Shown here: piece by piece, positions 36,052 to 47,490 of the stretch
Position numbering within the stretch: position 1 is the stretch's first letter
Layout of the letters: every line of letters starts with the position of its first letter
Virus record (IMG/VR): IMGVR_UViG_3300020200_000009
Location: 1 to 64,000 of that record
Reading direction: 5' to 3' (one strand)
From: a virus
DNA: 64,000 nucleotides
Translations under genes and position numbers: made by a program
The notes under the pieces: generated by a model
The model's database searches: none
The model's input: the letters and a program-made list of their open reading frames with translations, nothing else
What the model was told of the DNA's origin: nothing

Positions 36052-37938
36052 ATGGCAAAAACAGTACCTGGAAGTGGCGCAGAAATATTCCCAGTATTTA
36101 ATAGTATTTCTGGGGTAAGAGAAGTATATGTCATTAATGGTGGTACAGGGTATAGTCCAACTAATCCACCTAGACTTCGTATCGAAAATTGTGGCACTCC
36201 AATTCGTGAGGCAGTTTTAAGACCAGTAATTCAAGGATCTTTAGGTGAAATTACTGCTGTTGAAATTTTAGATCCAGGAGAAGGTTATAACCCACTTCGA
36301 TTGGTAATTACAGATGCAAATGCTTCAGTACAAGCTGCTGGTCGAATATTCCTTAAACCAGATGGAGGAATTGACTATATCCAAGTAACTAAATTTGGAG
36401 ATGAATATTATAATGCAACTGCAGAAATCGTAGGAGGAGCTGGATCTGGTAGTGAATTGATACCAATTACAGGATCGATAACAGGTCTTGCTATTGAAGA
36501 GTATGGTAGAAATTATACAGAGACTGATACTAACCTTGTTATTACTGGAGGAGGAGGTGGCACGGGTGCTAGTGGTGTTGTATCTGTAAACAGATTTAGT
36601 GAAGTATCTGGTATTACATTAACAAACCAAGGTGAGTTTTTTGAAACTGCTCCCATCATACAATTAATTGGTGGTGGAGGGTCTGGTGCATCTGCACGTG
36701 CGAATATTAATTTAGGAAAAATTACTAGCATCAATCTTTTATCTAGTGGTAGTGGATATGTAAATACCCCTCAAGTTGTTTTTGCAAGAAATACTGATTT
36801 AGTTAAAACCACAAGAAATAGACGGTCATTAAATACTACAATTTATGATTTAACAGGACTTCTTAAAAATGTCACAATAGACGACGATGAAATTTTTGTA
36901 GAAACAACGGACCCATATGTGGGGTCTGGAAAAATTCTCTTAAATAAAGAAATCATTAGATACACTGGAAAAACACCAATTTCCTTTACTGGATGTGATA
37001 GAGGAATTAACTTCCGTTTTGACCAAAAAATTATCCTTGATAGTTTGCAAAATGACCCAAATACAGGAATTTCAAATTATCAATTCCAAGTAACCGATAA
37101 GGTTAGACGTGCAGTTGAAAATGCTAATAATAGAAAGCCAATTGTATATGATTGGAATCCAGCAGAAAGAGCATTATATTTAACTTTTGAGGTTGATGCA
37201 CTATCATTTATTGATGGTGGTAGGTCTAATGAGAAATCAAAAATTATCGCATTTTCTGCTGGCATCGCTGCTGCATCTGGAACTGGAGTTGCTCCGCACA
37301 CTTTAGTTGAAGCAGAGGGGCAAAATATTGTTGCATTTACTAACCCAATATCATTTATTCTTAATAGAAAATTTGAAGATAATGATGAGCAATATACAGA
37401 TTCCAACGGAAATTTAATTACTGGTGACGGTATTGCAGACTTAATTAATGATAATACAGAATTTGACAATCAAATTAGTTTAGATGGTGGAATTGCATCA
37501 TCTAAATATGGTATTGAGGAAAATCTAGGTGGCACTAATACTACCCTTTTCCAAGTAGGAGACCAACTATACGATGGTAGTCCTAGTGGTGGACTACTTG
37601 CAACTGTGCAATCTGCTGGTCAATTAGGTGATGGTGACCCTCATGTTTCATCCGCTGATATTGTAATAAAATACGATACAGTAACCTTATTCTCAGTACC
37701 AGGTAGTGGTGGTGAAGAAACAGTTACAGGAAGTACATCAGGCGTAAGTGCAACTACTGTTTCTAGACGAGTTGGCAGTAAACCAGGACAGTTTATTTTG
37801 ACTGTAAAAAATATTACTAATAATAATCTTGTGTATAAATTTGCAGTTGGAGAAACACTTGAAGGGGTTACAAGTGGTGCTGAAGCAGAAATTATATCTG
37901 TTGCATACACTTCATTCGTCAGAAATGAGCCTGAATAA
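36052..37938 (+). CDS. Virion structural protein with gp7-like GGG/GSGY repeats
   Basis: Repeated 'I...GxGY...P.I...GGGG' modules; lies in the baseplate cluster. Confidence 0.75.
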   Translation: MAKTVPGSGAEIFPVFNSISGVREVYVINGGTGYSPTNPPRLRIENCGTPIREAVLRPVIQGSLGEITAVEILDPGEGYNPLRLVITDANASVQAAGRIFLKPDGGIDYIQVTKFGDEYYNATAEIVGGAGSGSELIPITGSITGLAIEEYGRNYTETDTNLVITGGGGGTGASGVVSVNRFSEVSGITLTNQGEFFETAPIIQLIGGGGSGASARANINLGKITSINLLSSGSGYVNTPQVVFARNTDLVKTTRNRRSLNTTIYDLTGLLKNVTIDDDEIFVETTDPYVGSGKILLNKEIIRYTGKTPISFTGCDRGINFRFDQKIILDSLQNDPNTGISNYQFQVTDKVRRAVENANNRKPIVYDWNPAERALYLTFEVDALSFIDGGRSNEKSKIIAFSAGIAAASGTGVAPHTLVEAEGQNIVAFTNPISFILNRKFEDNDEQYTDSNGNLITGDGIADLINDNTEFDNQISLDGGIASSKYGIEENLGGTNTTLFQVGDQLYDGSPSGGLLATVQSAGQLGDGDPHVSSADIVIKYDTVTLFSVPGSGGEETVTGSTSGVSATTVSRRVGSKPGQFILTVKNITNNNLVYKFAVGETLEGVTSGAEAEIISVAYTSFVRNEPE

Positions 37939-37943
37939 TTATC

Positions 37944-37950
37944 ATAAATA
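37944..37950 (+). promoter_or_regulatory. Late promoter ATAAATA
   Basis: 24 nt upstream of the gp8 ATG. Confidence 0.7.
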
Positions 37951-37974
37951 AACTTATAAGCAAACTGGTATAAA

Positions 37975-39510
37975 ATGGCGTTACTTACTGATCAATTCAG
38001 AATTTTTACTGCCAATCGTCTTATCAAAGCATTGGAGGGTCCAGACCCTACTCAGCCTGATATTGATGCTGGCAGTGACCGTGACCGTCTTTATGTTTTC
38101 ATTGGTCGTCCACAACCATGGGATAATGAAAATGCGGCACCAGACCCGATTGATTCTCTGCAAGAATTCGGAGATACATTTTCTGATATGATTTCTTTGA
38201 AGAGAGTGCTTGCAAATGACACAATTCAAGTTATTCGTAGAATTGATTGGATTCCACCTGAGCAAACAACTGGTGGACTAGGATACGTTTATGACATGTA
38301 TCGTCATGATTATAGTGCAACAAAAACAGCATCATCTGGTGCAACCAAACTTTATGATGCTGATTTCTATGTTGTAAACTCATCATATCAAGTATATAAG
38401 TGCATCTATAACGGCACGTCACCTTCAGACCCCAACGGTAAACCATCCACTGTTGAGCCAACAGGGACATCTACATCTATTATCACAACTGCAGATGGAT
38501 ACCGTTGGAAGTATATGTATACAATTCCAGTTGGTATGGTGCTGAAATTTTTCTCAAATGAATACATGCCAGTGTTGCAAGACACCGCTGTAGTATCTGA
38601 TGCTATTGGGGGTGAAATTGATACTGTTATTATTTCATCTTCAGGATCTGGATATAACAATGGCACCTACGAAAATGTGCCAATTAAAGGAGATGGTATT
38701 GGAGGAAGAGTCTCCTTAGTTGTAGATGGTGGTCGTCTCGTTTCTGCAACAGTTACTTCAGGTGGTAGTGGATATACTTTCGGAAAAGTAATTATTGATG
38801 AAGTAAATGGTATTGGAGCTGGCACTGGCACTGGCGGTAGTATTGAGGTGATTATCTCCCCAACTGGAGGTCACGGGTATCAACCATCAACTGAGATGGG
38901 TGGATATAGAGTAATGATTAATACTAAGTTTACCTATGCTGAAGGAAGTGGTGACTTCCCAACAGATAATGACTATCGTCGTATTGGTCTTCTTATTAAT
39001 CCATACAAGTATGGCACAAGTGAATTGGCTGCTGAAATTACCTTATCAGCAACTAAAGCAGTTATTTTCCCTCCAACATTCACTGGGCAATTTGTAACAG
39101 ATGAAATTATTACACAATCACGCACTATCGGTGGACAGCAGGTAACTGCTAGGGGTCGAGTAATTTCTTGGAATACTAGCACAAAAGTGCTGAAGTATTA
39201 TCAAAATAGAATTGATGGTATTTTCCCAGAATTTACTGGTAGTTTAATTGAATTTGAAGGAGGAAACCCAGTTGTAGGTAGCACCTCTGGTGCATCAGCT
39301 GACCCCGATATTAACTTCCCAATTGTATCTGGATCTTCAACTAGAGTTATTAACAATACGGAGTTTGACCTTGGTATGTCATTTACCAATGGTTATGCAA
39401 AACCAGAAGTTGAGCCCAATTCTGGGCAAATTATTTACATAGATAATAGAGGTGCGATTACTCGTGCTGGTGACCAAATCGAAGACATCAAGATCGTAGT
39501 AGAGTTCTAA
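37975..39510 (+). CDS. gp8: Baseplate wedge subunit gp8
   Basis: ALLTDQFRI, LYVFIGRPQPW, YDMYRHDYS, VYKCIYNG, DGYRWKYMYTI, EDIKIVVEF. Confidence 0.95.
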   Translation: MALLTDQFRIFTANRLIKALEGPDPTQPDIDAGSDRDRLYVFIGRPQPWDNENAAPDPIDSLQEFGDTFSDMISLKRVLANDTIQVIRRIDWIPPEQTTGGLGYVYDMYRHDYSATKTASSGATKLYDADFYVVNSSYQVYKCIYNGTSPSDPNGKPSTVEPTGTSTSIITTADGYRWKYMYTIPVGMVLKFFSNEYMPVLQDTAVVSDAIGGEIDTVIISSSGSGYNNGTYENVPIKGDGIGGRVSLVVDGGRLVSATVTSGGSGYTFGKVIIDEVNGIGAGTGTGGSIEVIISPTGGHGYQPSTEMGGYRVMINTKFTYAEGSGDFPTDNDYRRIGLLINPYKYGTSELAAEITLSATKAVIFPPTFTGQFVTDEIITQSRTIGGQQVTARGRVISWNTSTKVLKYYQNRIDGIFPEFTGSLIEFEGGNPVVGSTSGASADPDINFPIVSGSSTRVINNTEFDLGMSFTNGYAKPEVEPNSGQIIYIDNRGAITRAGDQIEDIKIVVEF

Positions 39511-39511
39511 C

Positions 39512-42500
39512 ATGCCGCAGAATACTAACCTGAATATCGCTCCTTATTTTGACGACTTTGATAAGGACAAGAATTTCTACAGAGTCCTCTTTAGACCTGG
39601 ATTTCCTATTCAGGCAAGAGAACTCACTACCATGCAATCGATTCTGCAGAATCAGATTGAATCGATTGGTCAACACTTCTTTAAAGAAGGGTCCATGGTC
39701 ATCCCAGGACAAGTTGGTTATGACCTTAATGTGCAAGCTGTTATTCTTCAGCAATCATTCCTTGGTGTTGATATTGAAACGTATCGAGAGCAATTGAATG
39801 GGCAAATTATTGAAGGTATTACTACGGGAGTTAAAGCAAAAGTACTTTATTCAATCTCAGCAGAAGAATCGGATCGTGGTTATATCACATTATATGTAAA
39901 ATACGTTGACTCGGGTGATACTGTATCAACAGAAAATTTTAAAACATTCCAACCAAATGAGCAACTTCTTGCAGAAAAAGAAATCACATTTGGTGCAACC
40001 TTAATTGAAATCGGGTCTCCGTTTGCTCAACTTTTACCAGCAAACGCCACTTCACTTGCATCATCAGCATATATTAATGCTGGTGTATATTTTATGAGAG
40101 GGCATTTTGTAGATGTCCAATCTGCATATTTGATTCTTGACCAATATGGTAATAATCCATCATATAGAATTGGTCTTGAAATAAGCGAATCAATTGTCAC
40201 TCCAGAGGATGACCCCGAGCTCAATGACAATGCAGCAGGGTCGTCAAACTATGCAGCACCAGGTGGACATAGATTCAGAATTAAAACATCTCTTACTAAG
40301 AAAGTAATTTCAGATGAAACTGATAAAAATTTCATTGAATTACTTCGTATTAATAATAGTAAGGTTGAGCAATTTGTTAATGCAACTGCATACTCTGAGT
40401 TAGAAAAGAGTCTTGCACGTCGCACGTATGAAGAATCTGGTGATTATGTAATTGAATCAATTACAGCTAAAGCACGAGAGCAACTTGATGATGGATTTAA
40501 TAATGGTGTGTATCGCCCTGGAGAATTGTCAGCACAGAAAAATCTAGCGTCTGATGATTTTGTTACATTTGAAGTATCTCCTGGAAGAGCATACGTTAAA
40601 GGATATCGAACTGAGTTTTTAGTGCCTCAGTATGTAGATTGCCCAAAACCAAGAGATTATGAAAGTGTGCAAAATAGCATTCTTTCATTCAGAGTAGGTA
40701 ACTTCGTTAAGGTATATGATGTATATGGTTGGCCAGATTTAACTGGAGAAGGAGTCACGAAAGCATACCAAGTGCTTGAATTATATGATAATTGGACTAT
40801 TGGCACCACCAATACGGTTGTAGGCACAATGATTGGGCGTACACGCACCATTCAAATGCAACTAGATTCTGGTGAGGTATATGATATGTGGATTTTCGAT
40901 CCACAAATGTTTACTGCTATTAATTTTGCAGCAGGAAATCAGGCGGTAATAGTTGGAGATGTATTAGTAGGAAGGACAAGTGGTGCTAGAGGATTTGTTG
41001 CTCAAGCCCCTGGCGGTACATCATGTATGCTTGAGCAAGTTTCGGGAGTATTTTTAAATGGAGAAGTGCTTCTGAGAGATAACAGAGTAGTTGGCACTAT
41101 GACCGCTGCACATACTTACAATCTTACTGATGTTAGAACTTGCCGTGGTAGAAATAATAACAATGCAATTATTTTTGGAGCAAACTGGCAATTAAATGAC
41201 CAGCAAGAAATTGAATCATCCACAGTAACAATTGACCAGACTGGCGGCACTATTACTGGATTCCGTACAAAATTTGCTAATGATTTAAGACCTGGTGATG
41301 TAATTACTCCTACTAATACTACTCCAACAGGTAATAATACTCTTAGAATTACAAGAGTAAACCCAACACAAATTTCCGTGAGCAGTGGAAATGCGTATAC
41401 TGGGGCACCAGTATCATCACACATTTTTAATTATCTAACTCAAGTAGCGAAGATTGATTCTGCGCTTAAAAAAGGCACGGTGGCTAGTGGAGAATTTGCA
41501 TCTCTTACTAGATTAAGACCATTTATCTTCCAAAAAGATTATCAAGATGGTGAGATGTCTGTTGACTGCGCTCGCGTATCTATGAGGTCTATTACTGATG
41601 AATCCTTCTTTGTATATCGCACGTTTACTAATAAGACAGTAGTTGCTGGTGGCATCACAGTATCTCTGCCAGAATCTGAGCAATTTGCATCGTTAGATAA
41701 TGAAAACTATGTTTTAACTATCTTGGCACAAAACGGATCTGCATATCCTGTCGGAAAAAATCTTGATATTGATGCACTTAATGATGATGGCACTCTTACT
41801 GTTACATTTGGTGCAGATAGACAGTCAATTACAATTTCTGGATTGACTAATGTGCAAACAGTTAAATTGACTGCACTGATATCAAAAAATATTGTTACTA
41901 GAAAAATCAAAACTGCATCAAAGATGCGTGCTATGAAAGTTATACGCACGCAGAATAATAATGATGTGCAGAAATTTGGACTAGCATATGGTAATTTATA
42001 CGGCACTCGTATTGAAGACAATGAAATATCATTTGCGTTAAATGATGTTTATAAGATTCATGCAGTATACGAATCAGAAGATGATTCTGATGCTAGTCCT
42101 CCATACATTGTGTTGCAGAATCCAACATTCTTTGATAATGGTAGTGTAGTTATTGGTAAAACATCTGGTGCACGTGGTAGAGTTATTCAATTTATCAACA
42201 GCACATTAAGATTATATTTTATCTCTCTTAACAATATTCCATTTATAGCAGGTGAGCAAATTGATGGAGTTGATGATGATAATATCCAATTAGTAGGATT
42301 TGTAGATGATGCTGAGGGATCTATTTTCAAAGGTAGTAAAGTAATTACTACTCAATTTGAATTGGATTCGGGACAGAAACCACATTTCTATGATGTGTCT
42401 CGCATGATTCGTTTGCCAGGTTTTTCGGCACCGATTCGTAAAGTAATGGTTATCTTTGATTACTTCTTACACGAATCATCTGGTGATTACTTCTCAGCGC

Positions 42501-45500
42501 AATCATATACAGGTATTGGATTTAAAGATATTCCAAAATATAAATTAGATGGGTCCATCAACTGGATTAGAGACCAAGTTGACTTCCGTCCTGGTGTTGG
42601 AGAATTGGCATCTGGCACTGGATCTATCACTGCACCATTCTTTGTAAATTGTGCATCATTGGATTTTGGTGCTCGTCAGTTTGATACTTCAGGTGGAGCT
42701 GGTGGGTCTACAATCTTTGATGTGCCTAAAGTAAATACTGAAATTAGATTTGACTATACTTATTATATTCCAAGAGCATCAAAACTTTTCTTAACTCATG
42801 ACAATCAATTAAAGATTGTAAATGGTGCATCTCACCCAGAACTGCCACCCCCAGATAATATTCAGAATGCTATGTTACTCGCATCTATTGAAATGCGAGC
42901 ATATGTATATGATGTAGAAAGAGATGTAATCATCAGACCAGAAATCATTCGTCGTTATACGATGAAAGACCTTGGGGATATAGAAACTCGTCTACGTAAT
43001 GTTGAATATTATACTGCACTTTCTTTACTTGAATCTCAAGCAGAAAATACAAAAACATATGATGACAATGGGTTTGACCGTTTAAAGAATGGTTATGTTG
43101 TGGACGATTTCACAGACCATAGCATTGGAGATGTGTTTAACGTAGATTATAAATGCTCTCTGGATTTCAAAGAAGGTTTCCTTAGACCTTCTCACTATAC
43201 AACAAATGTGCCATTACAATTGAATTTAGATGCATCTACAGATGTTGTAAAAACTGTAGGGAATATGGTCCTTCTTCCATATGAAGATTTGGCTATTATA
43301 ACTCAACCATATGCATCTCGTACTGAAAATGTTAATCCATTCAACGTGTTTGCATTTATTGGTAGAGTTGACCTTTCCCCTGCTTCAGATGATTGGGTGG
43401 ATATCGATCGTCTACCTGCTCGTATAGAAAACGTAGAAGGTGATTTTTCTGCTGTTTCTAGAGATTTACAAGTTGACCAAAACGGATTCGCTCCTATTCA
43501 ATGGGGGTCGTGGGAGACTAACTGGACTGGAGAATCTTTAGTTTCAACTAGTCAGTTCACGGGCGACGGTAGTTTTGCACAAGGTGGTCGTCGTCTCGGT
43601 CGTTTAGGACACGGACAAGGACAGCAACCAATCTTCGTGCATGAAAGACGCACATGGAGGGTAGTAAATAACCAAGCACGTCAGGGTGTAAGGACAAGAG
43701 TAACCCCAAGAGTTGACCAAAAATCATTGGGCGATACTATCCTTTCGCAATCTGTAATTCCTTGGGTGCGCTCTAGAAATGTTGGTTTTAACATTGAGAG
43801 AGCTAAGCCTCGCACAAGAATGTATCTATTCTTTGATGGAGTAAACATTACAAATTATGTAACACCAAAAATTATTGAGTTGACAAAGAGTAGCACTCAA
43901 GATACAAACACAAATGAAACTCCATTCGTGGTTGGCGAAACTGTAATAGGACAAACCTCAGGTTGTCGTCTTCGTGTTGCTCCTGCAAATGATGGTTATA
44001 AAACTGACCCATATGGTGTCGGCACCGCTCAACTTGCAGAATCCTATGCATCACAAACCAATTATTTAAATATTGACATTACAGCAATGGCAGAAAGTGT
44101 TAATCCAAATTTCTATGGAAATGTATTAACAGGTGAAGTATTAGTTGGACAAACATCAGGTGCTAGAGCAATTGTTAGAGACCGTCGTATTCTCTGTGAT
44201 AATATTGGGCAAACAATCGGAACATTCTTTATTCCGTCTCCAAAAATTGATTCAAATCCACGTTGGGCAACTGGCACCAGAACTGTAAGATTTACAACAT
44301 CACCAACAAATGATAAAACGCCTGGCACGGTAGATTCTTCTGCAGAGACTACATATACTGCCTCAGGTCAATTAAGAGTTATACGTGAAAATATTCTTGC
44401 AGTACGTAATGCAGAACTTGTTAGAGATACTGTATCGGATGAAAGAACTGTTATCACTACTAGGACAGATGAGAGACAAATTGGATGGATTGACCCGTTA
44501 GCACAATCCTTTATTGTAGATGAGCAAGGCGGAGTATTCTTAACAGGTGTTGATGTATTCTTTAGAACTAAAGATGATACTATTCCAATCTCCATGCAAA
44601 TTCGAACCATGGAAAATGGATATCCGACTAAAGATATTCTTCCGTTCTCTGATACTACGCTAAGTCCAATAGAAGTTGAATTGTCAGAAAACGCTGCAAT
44701 TCCAACTAGATTTACATTTAGGTCTCCAGTATACATTAAGTCATCGATAGAATATTGCTTTGTGCTCTTATCAGACTCAAACTCATATAATGTTTGGATT
44801 TCTAGAATGGGTGATATTGATGTATCAGGCACCAGAACTATTTCCGAACAACCATATGCAGGTGTGCTATTTAAATCGCAAAACGCATCAACGTGGACAG
44901 CAGACCAATATGAAGATTTGAAATTTACAGTTTATCGTGCTGACTTTGTATCAAATATTGGTACTGCAATATTTAATAATGCAGAATTAGGTAAAGGAAA
45001 TTATGGTATTCATAACTTAATTGAAAATCCTATTGAAACTCTTAAACCAAACCAGCAATTGGTATTAGCAACTGACCAGAATTACAACTTCACAGTTGGA
45101 GCCAGAATTGTACAGGAACCCTCAGGTGCATCTGCTACGGTTAAAGAGTTTGATTCAGTTTCAAATCCAGAAGTATTAAAAATTACTGATATATCTGGTA
45201 TTTTCTCTGCTGGATTCTTAGATGCTAATGGTAATGCATTCCAAGGATTGTCATCTTCACAATCAGTAGCAACTATTGTTTTGTCAGCCGTTTATAACGG
45301 CACATTCGTAGTTGGTGATATAGTCACTGGCAGCACATCTAATGCTGATGGTGTTGTTACATCTTATGCTGCTAATACTCTAACCCTTAACTATGTTGGT
45401 AAGAGCTTTAGCACTTCAGATACTTTGACAGCACCAAGTGGTGTAAGTGCAACTATTACATCCATTAATTATAGTGGAGATTCTCGTAATGCATATCCAA

Positions 45501-46831
45501 CTGCAGCACCTTCTTATCCTTCTGATGATAAGGAAGTATTAGTGCGTCATAGAAATCATGGTATGCACCAACGAACAAATAATGTATTGATTGAAGGTGT
45601 AGTTTCTGAAGTGCCACCAACAACCCTAACAACAACTTTAACCGTAGGATCATCAACGATTCAAATTCAAGATGCATCTCAATTCCACAGAATTATTGGT
45701 GGAGCAACTATAGGTAACCTAAATCCTGGTTATATTAAAATCAATAATGAGTTGATTCAATATGCTGGAATTTCAGATAACGGTCAAACAATTACTGTTG
45801 CAACTGGCGGCAGAGGAGCAAGCGGCACTGCTGATGTTGAGCACCCATCTGGTAGCGTAGTTGAATGTTACAATCTTGATGGAATTCCCCTGGTTGATAT
45901 TAATAAACTTCACCAAAAACTTGAGTGTCCATGGATGGATACATATATGTTAGCCACTAATCACGTAGCAACTAATGGAATTCGTGCAGGTGGCACTAAT
46001 GCTTATGGCACACAAAACGTGCAGTTTGAGGTATTGACTCCAACAGTATCTACTATGGTATTGCCACAGACACAAATTGTAGCTCGTGTAAATACGACAA
46101 CTGCAACTTCAGTTGGAGATGGTGGAGGAGAAGGTGGGTCTTCTCCAATTGACCAAGCGTCATTTATTAATAATGGAAACTTTACAGATGTTGTATTGAA
46201 TAACAAAAACATTTTCTCATCTCCTCAAATGATTGCTTCTAAGGTCAATGAAGATAATGAATTAGACGGAAATAAATCCTTTACGATGGCTGTTGAATTG
46301 ACAACAGAAAAGCCTACTCTTTCTCCATGTATTGACCTTGACCGCACTTCATTAATCTGCACAACCAATAGAATTAATATGTGGCCAGGTGGACCTAATG
46401 TTTATGGTCAACAGAATCAGATTGATAGAACTCAAGATGTTTCTACCTTCCCAATTGGTGACCAGAATGACGCTGTGTATATTACAAGACTTGCACGTTT
46501 AGCTAAAGAAGCTCGCTCGCTGAAGGTTGATTTCCAAATCGCTCGTCATCCTACTACTGAAGTTAAAATTTACTATAGAGCATTTAATACTGGCGACGCA
46601 GCAGACTATAATACTCTTGGTTGGACAATTATGCCTCTACCAACAAGTAATATTAATGCAGCAGAAGCATATGATACTTCACCTACAGACCAATTCTTGT
46701 GGAAAGATTATTCATATGAAGTAAGAGGTCTAAGTTTTAACGCATTCCAAGTTAAAATTGTTATGAGATCTAAGAGTCAAGCTAATGTGCCACTCATTGC
46801 AGATTTACGTGCTATTGCACTTGCTACATAA
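39512..46831 (+). CDS. VrlC-like (DUF4815) large virion structural protein
   Basis: MPQNTNLNIAPYFDDF...RVLFRPG..IQARELTT.QSILQNQ; ARRTYEESGDY; DPLAQSF; LFKSQNASTW. Confidence 0.88.
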   Translation: MPQNTNLNIAPYFDDFDKDKNFYRVLFRPGFPIQARELTTMQSILQNQIESIGQHFFKEGSMVIPGQVGYDLNVQAVILQQSFLGVDIETYREQLNGQIIEGITTGVKAKVLYSISAEESDRGYITLYVKYVDSGDTVSTENFKTFQPNEQLLAEKEITFGATLIEIGSPFAQLLPANATSLASSAYINAGVYFMRGHFVDVQSAYLILDQYGNNPSYRIGLEISESIVTPEDDPELNDNAAGSSNYAAPGGHRFRIKTSLTKKVISDETDKNFIELLRINNSKVEQFVNATAYSELEKSLARRTYEESGDYVIESITAKAREQLDDGFNNGVYRPGELSAQKNLASDDFVTFEVSPGRAYVKGYRTEFLVPQYVDCPKPRDYESVQNSILSFRVGNFVKVYDVYGWPDLTGEGVTKAYQVLELYDNWTIGTTNTVVGTMIGRTRTIQMQLDSGEVYDMWIFDPQMFTAINFAAGNQAVIVGDVLVGRTSGARGFVAQAPGGTSCMLEQVSGVFLNGEVLLRDNRVVGTMTAAHTYNLTDVRTCRGRNNNNAIIFGANWQLNDQQEIESSTVTIDQTGGTITGFRTKFANDLRPGDVITPTNTTPTGNNTLRITRVNPTQISVSSGNAYTGAPVSSHIFNYLTQVAKIDSALKKGTVASGEFASLTRLRPFIFQKDYQDGEMSVDCARVSMRSITDESFFVYRTFTNKTVVAGGITVSLPESEQFASLDNENYVLTILAQNGSAYPVGKNLDIDALNDDGTLTVTFGADRQSITISGLTNVQTVKLTALISKNIVTRKIKTASKMRAMKVIRTQNNNDVQKFGLAYGNLYGTRIEDNEISFALNDVYKIHAVYESEDDSDASPPYIVLQNPTFFDNGSVVIGKTSGARGRVIQFINSTLRLYFISLNNIPFIAGEQIDGVDDDNIQLVGFVDDAEGSIFKGSKVITTQFELDSGQKPHFYDVSRMIRLPGFSAPIRKVMVIFDYFLHESSGDYFSAQSYTGIGFKDIPKYKLDGSINWIRDQVDFRPGVGELASGTGSITAPFFVNCASLDFGARQFDTSGGAGGSTIFDVPKVNTEIRFDYTYYIPRASKLFLTHDNQLKIVNGASHPELPPPDNIQNAMLLASIEMRAYVYDVERDVIIRPEIIRRYTMKDLGDIETRLRNVEYYTALSLLESQAENTKTYDDNGFDRLKNGYVVDDFTDHSIGDVFNVDYKCSLDFKEGFLRPSHYTTNVPLQLNLDASTDVVKTVGNMVLLPYEDLAIITQPYASRTENVNPFNVFAFIGRVDLSPASDDWVDIDRLPARIENVEGDFSAVSRDLQVDQNGFAPIQWGSWETNWTGESLVSTSQFTGDGSFAQGGRRLGRLGHGQGQQPIFVHERRTWRVVNNQARQGVRTRVTPRVDQKSLGDTILSQSVIPWVRSRNVGFNIERAKPRTRMYLFFDGVNITNYVTPKIIELTKSSTQDTNTNETPFVVGETVIGQTSGCRLRVAPANDGYKTDPYGVGTAQLAESYASQTNYLNIDITAMAESVNPNFYGNVLTGEVLVGQTSGARAIVRDRRILCDNIGQTIGTFFIPSPKIDSNPRWATGTRTVRFTTSPTNDKTPGTVDSSAETTYTASGQLRVIRENILAVRNAELVRDTVSDERTVITTRTDERQIGWIDPLAQSFIVDEQGGVFLTGVDVFFRTKDDTIPISMQIRTMENGYPTKDILPFSDTTLSPIEVELSENAAIPTRFTFRSPVYIKSSIEYCFVLLSDSNSYNVWISRMGDIDVSGTRTISEQPYAGVLFKSQNASTWTADQYEDLKFTVYRADFVSNIGTAIFNNAELGKGNYGIHNLIENPIETLKPNQQLVLATDQNYNFTVGARIVQEPSGASATVKEFDSVSNPEVLKITDISGIFSAGFLDANGNAFQGLSSSQSVATIVLSAVYNGTFVVGDIVTGSTSNADGVVTSYAANTLTLNYVGKSFSTSDTLTAPSGVSATITSINYSGDSRNAYPTAAPSYPSDDKEVLVRHRNHGMHQRTNNVLIEGVVSEVPPTTLTTTLTVGSSTIQIQDASQFHRIIGGATIGNLNPGYIKINNELIQYAGISDNGQTITVATGGRGASGTADVEHPSGSVVECYNLDGIPLVDINKLHQKLECPWMDTYMLATNHVATNGIRAGGTNAYGTQNVQFEVLTPTVSTMVLPQTQIVARVNTTTATSVGDGGGEGGSSPIDQASFINNGNFTDVVLNNKNIFSSPQMIASKVNEDNELDGNKSFTMAVELTTEKPTLSPCIDLDRTSLICTTNRINMWPGGPNVYGQQNQIDRTQDVSTFPIGDQNDAVYITRLARLAKEARSLKVDFQIARHPTTEVKIYYRAFNTGDAADYNTLGWTIMPLPTSNINAAEAYDTSPTDQFLWKDYSYEVRGLSFNAFQVKIVMRSKSQANVPLIADLRAIALAT

Positions 46832-46894
46832 TATAGGTACTAGAGAGTCTCTTTGCAACCCTTACAAGGTTGATTATAATTATTTTTAGATACT

Positions 46895-47185
46895 ATGTCA
46901 AGTCCTTTTTATTCGCAACCACCTCAACATCCATCAACCGATAAGATTAATATTTTCAAACCAAATCTTATACCTGTTGAAGGTAGAGAGGGTTGGTTTC
47001 GAGACCCAGATACAAATGCAATTGTAAATTGTAATGATACTGAGTATGATAATTACATGGCATCATATGAGCGCCGTCAAAAGAAAGATTCTAAATTAGA
47101 GTCTTTACAAGATGATGTTAATACGCTAAAATCAGATCTCGGTGAAATCAAAGACCTACTCAAATTATTAACTAAAGGAGAATAA
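46895..47185 (+). CDS. Hypothetical protein (VEG...RDPDTNAIVN; coiled-coil C-terminus)
   Basis: ORF track; motif typical of the gene following VrlC in T4-like cyanophages. Confidence 0.8.
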   Translation: MSSPFYSQPPQHPSTDKINIFKPNLIPVEGREGWFRDPDTNAIVNCNDTEYDNYMASYERRQKKDSKLESLQDDVNTLKSDLGEIKDLLKLLTKGE

Positions 47186-47186
47186 A

Positions 47187-47405
47187 ATGCCCGCTGAAGT
47201 GACAGAAACCATGGACCAAGACACCCTTCTTACTCAATTTCGTACTCGTTACGAATCTCTAGTTCGTCAAAATCAAGAGTTGGCGAAACAAATCAAAGAA
47301 AATGAAGTGACTGCTTTCAAACTCCAAGGAGCAATTGAAACATTAGAGTATCTCGGCGGAAACGATGAGGGGTCTAATGAATCTACAGAAGAAGCTGCTG
47401 AGTAA
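47187..47405 (+). CDS. Small coiled-coil protein (possible fibre chaperone)
   Basis: AGGAG RBS; KLQGAIETLEYL motif. Confidence 0.75.
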   Translation: MPAEVTETMDQDTLLTQFRTRYESLVRQNQELAKQIKENEVTAFKLQGAIETLEYLGGNDEGSNESTEEAAE

Positions 47406-47411
47406 TGCAGC

Positions 47412-47435
47412 GCCCCCATAAGGGGGTTTTTTATT
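47412..47435 (+). terminator. Rho-independent terminator
   Basis: GCCCCC-ATAA-GGGGGT followed by a T run. Confidence 0.85.
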
Positions 47436-47439
47436 ACGC

Positions 47440-47446
47440 ATAAATA
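47440..47446 (+). promoter_or_regulatory. Late promoter ATAAATA
   Basis: Immediately after the terminator, upstream of the tail-fibre ATG 47491. Confidence 0.75.
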
Positions 47447-47490
47447 AACAAGAAAGACTGTATCCAGTTGTTGCAGGACCCGTATAAGCA

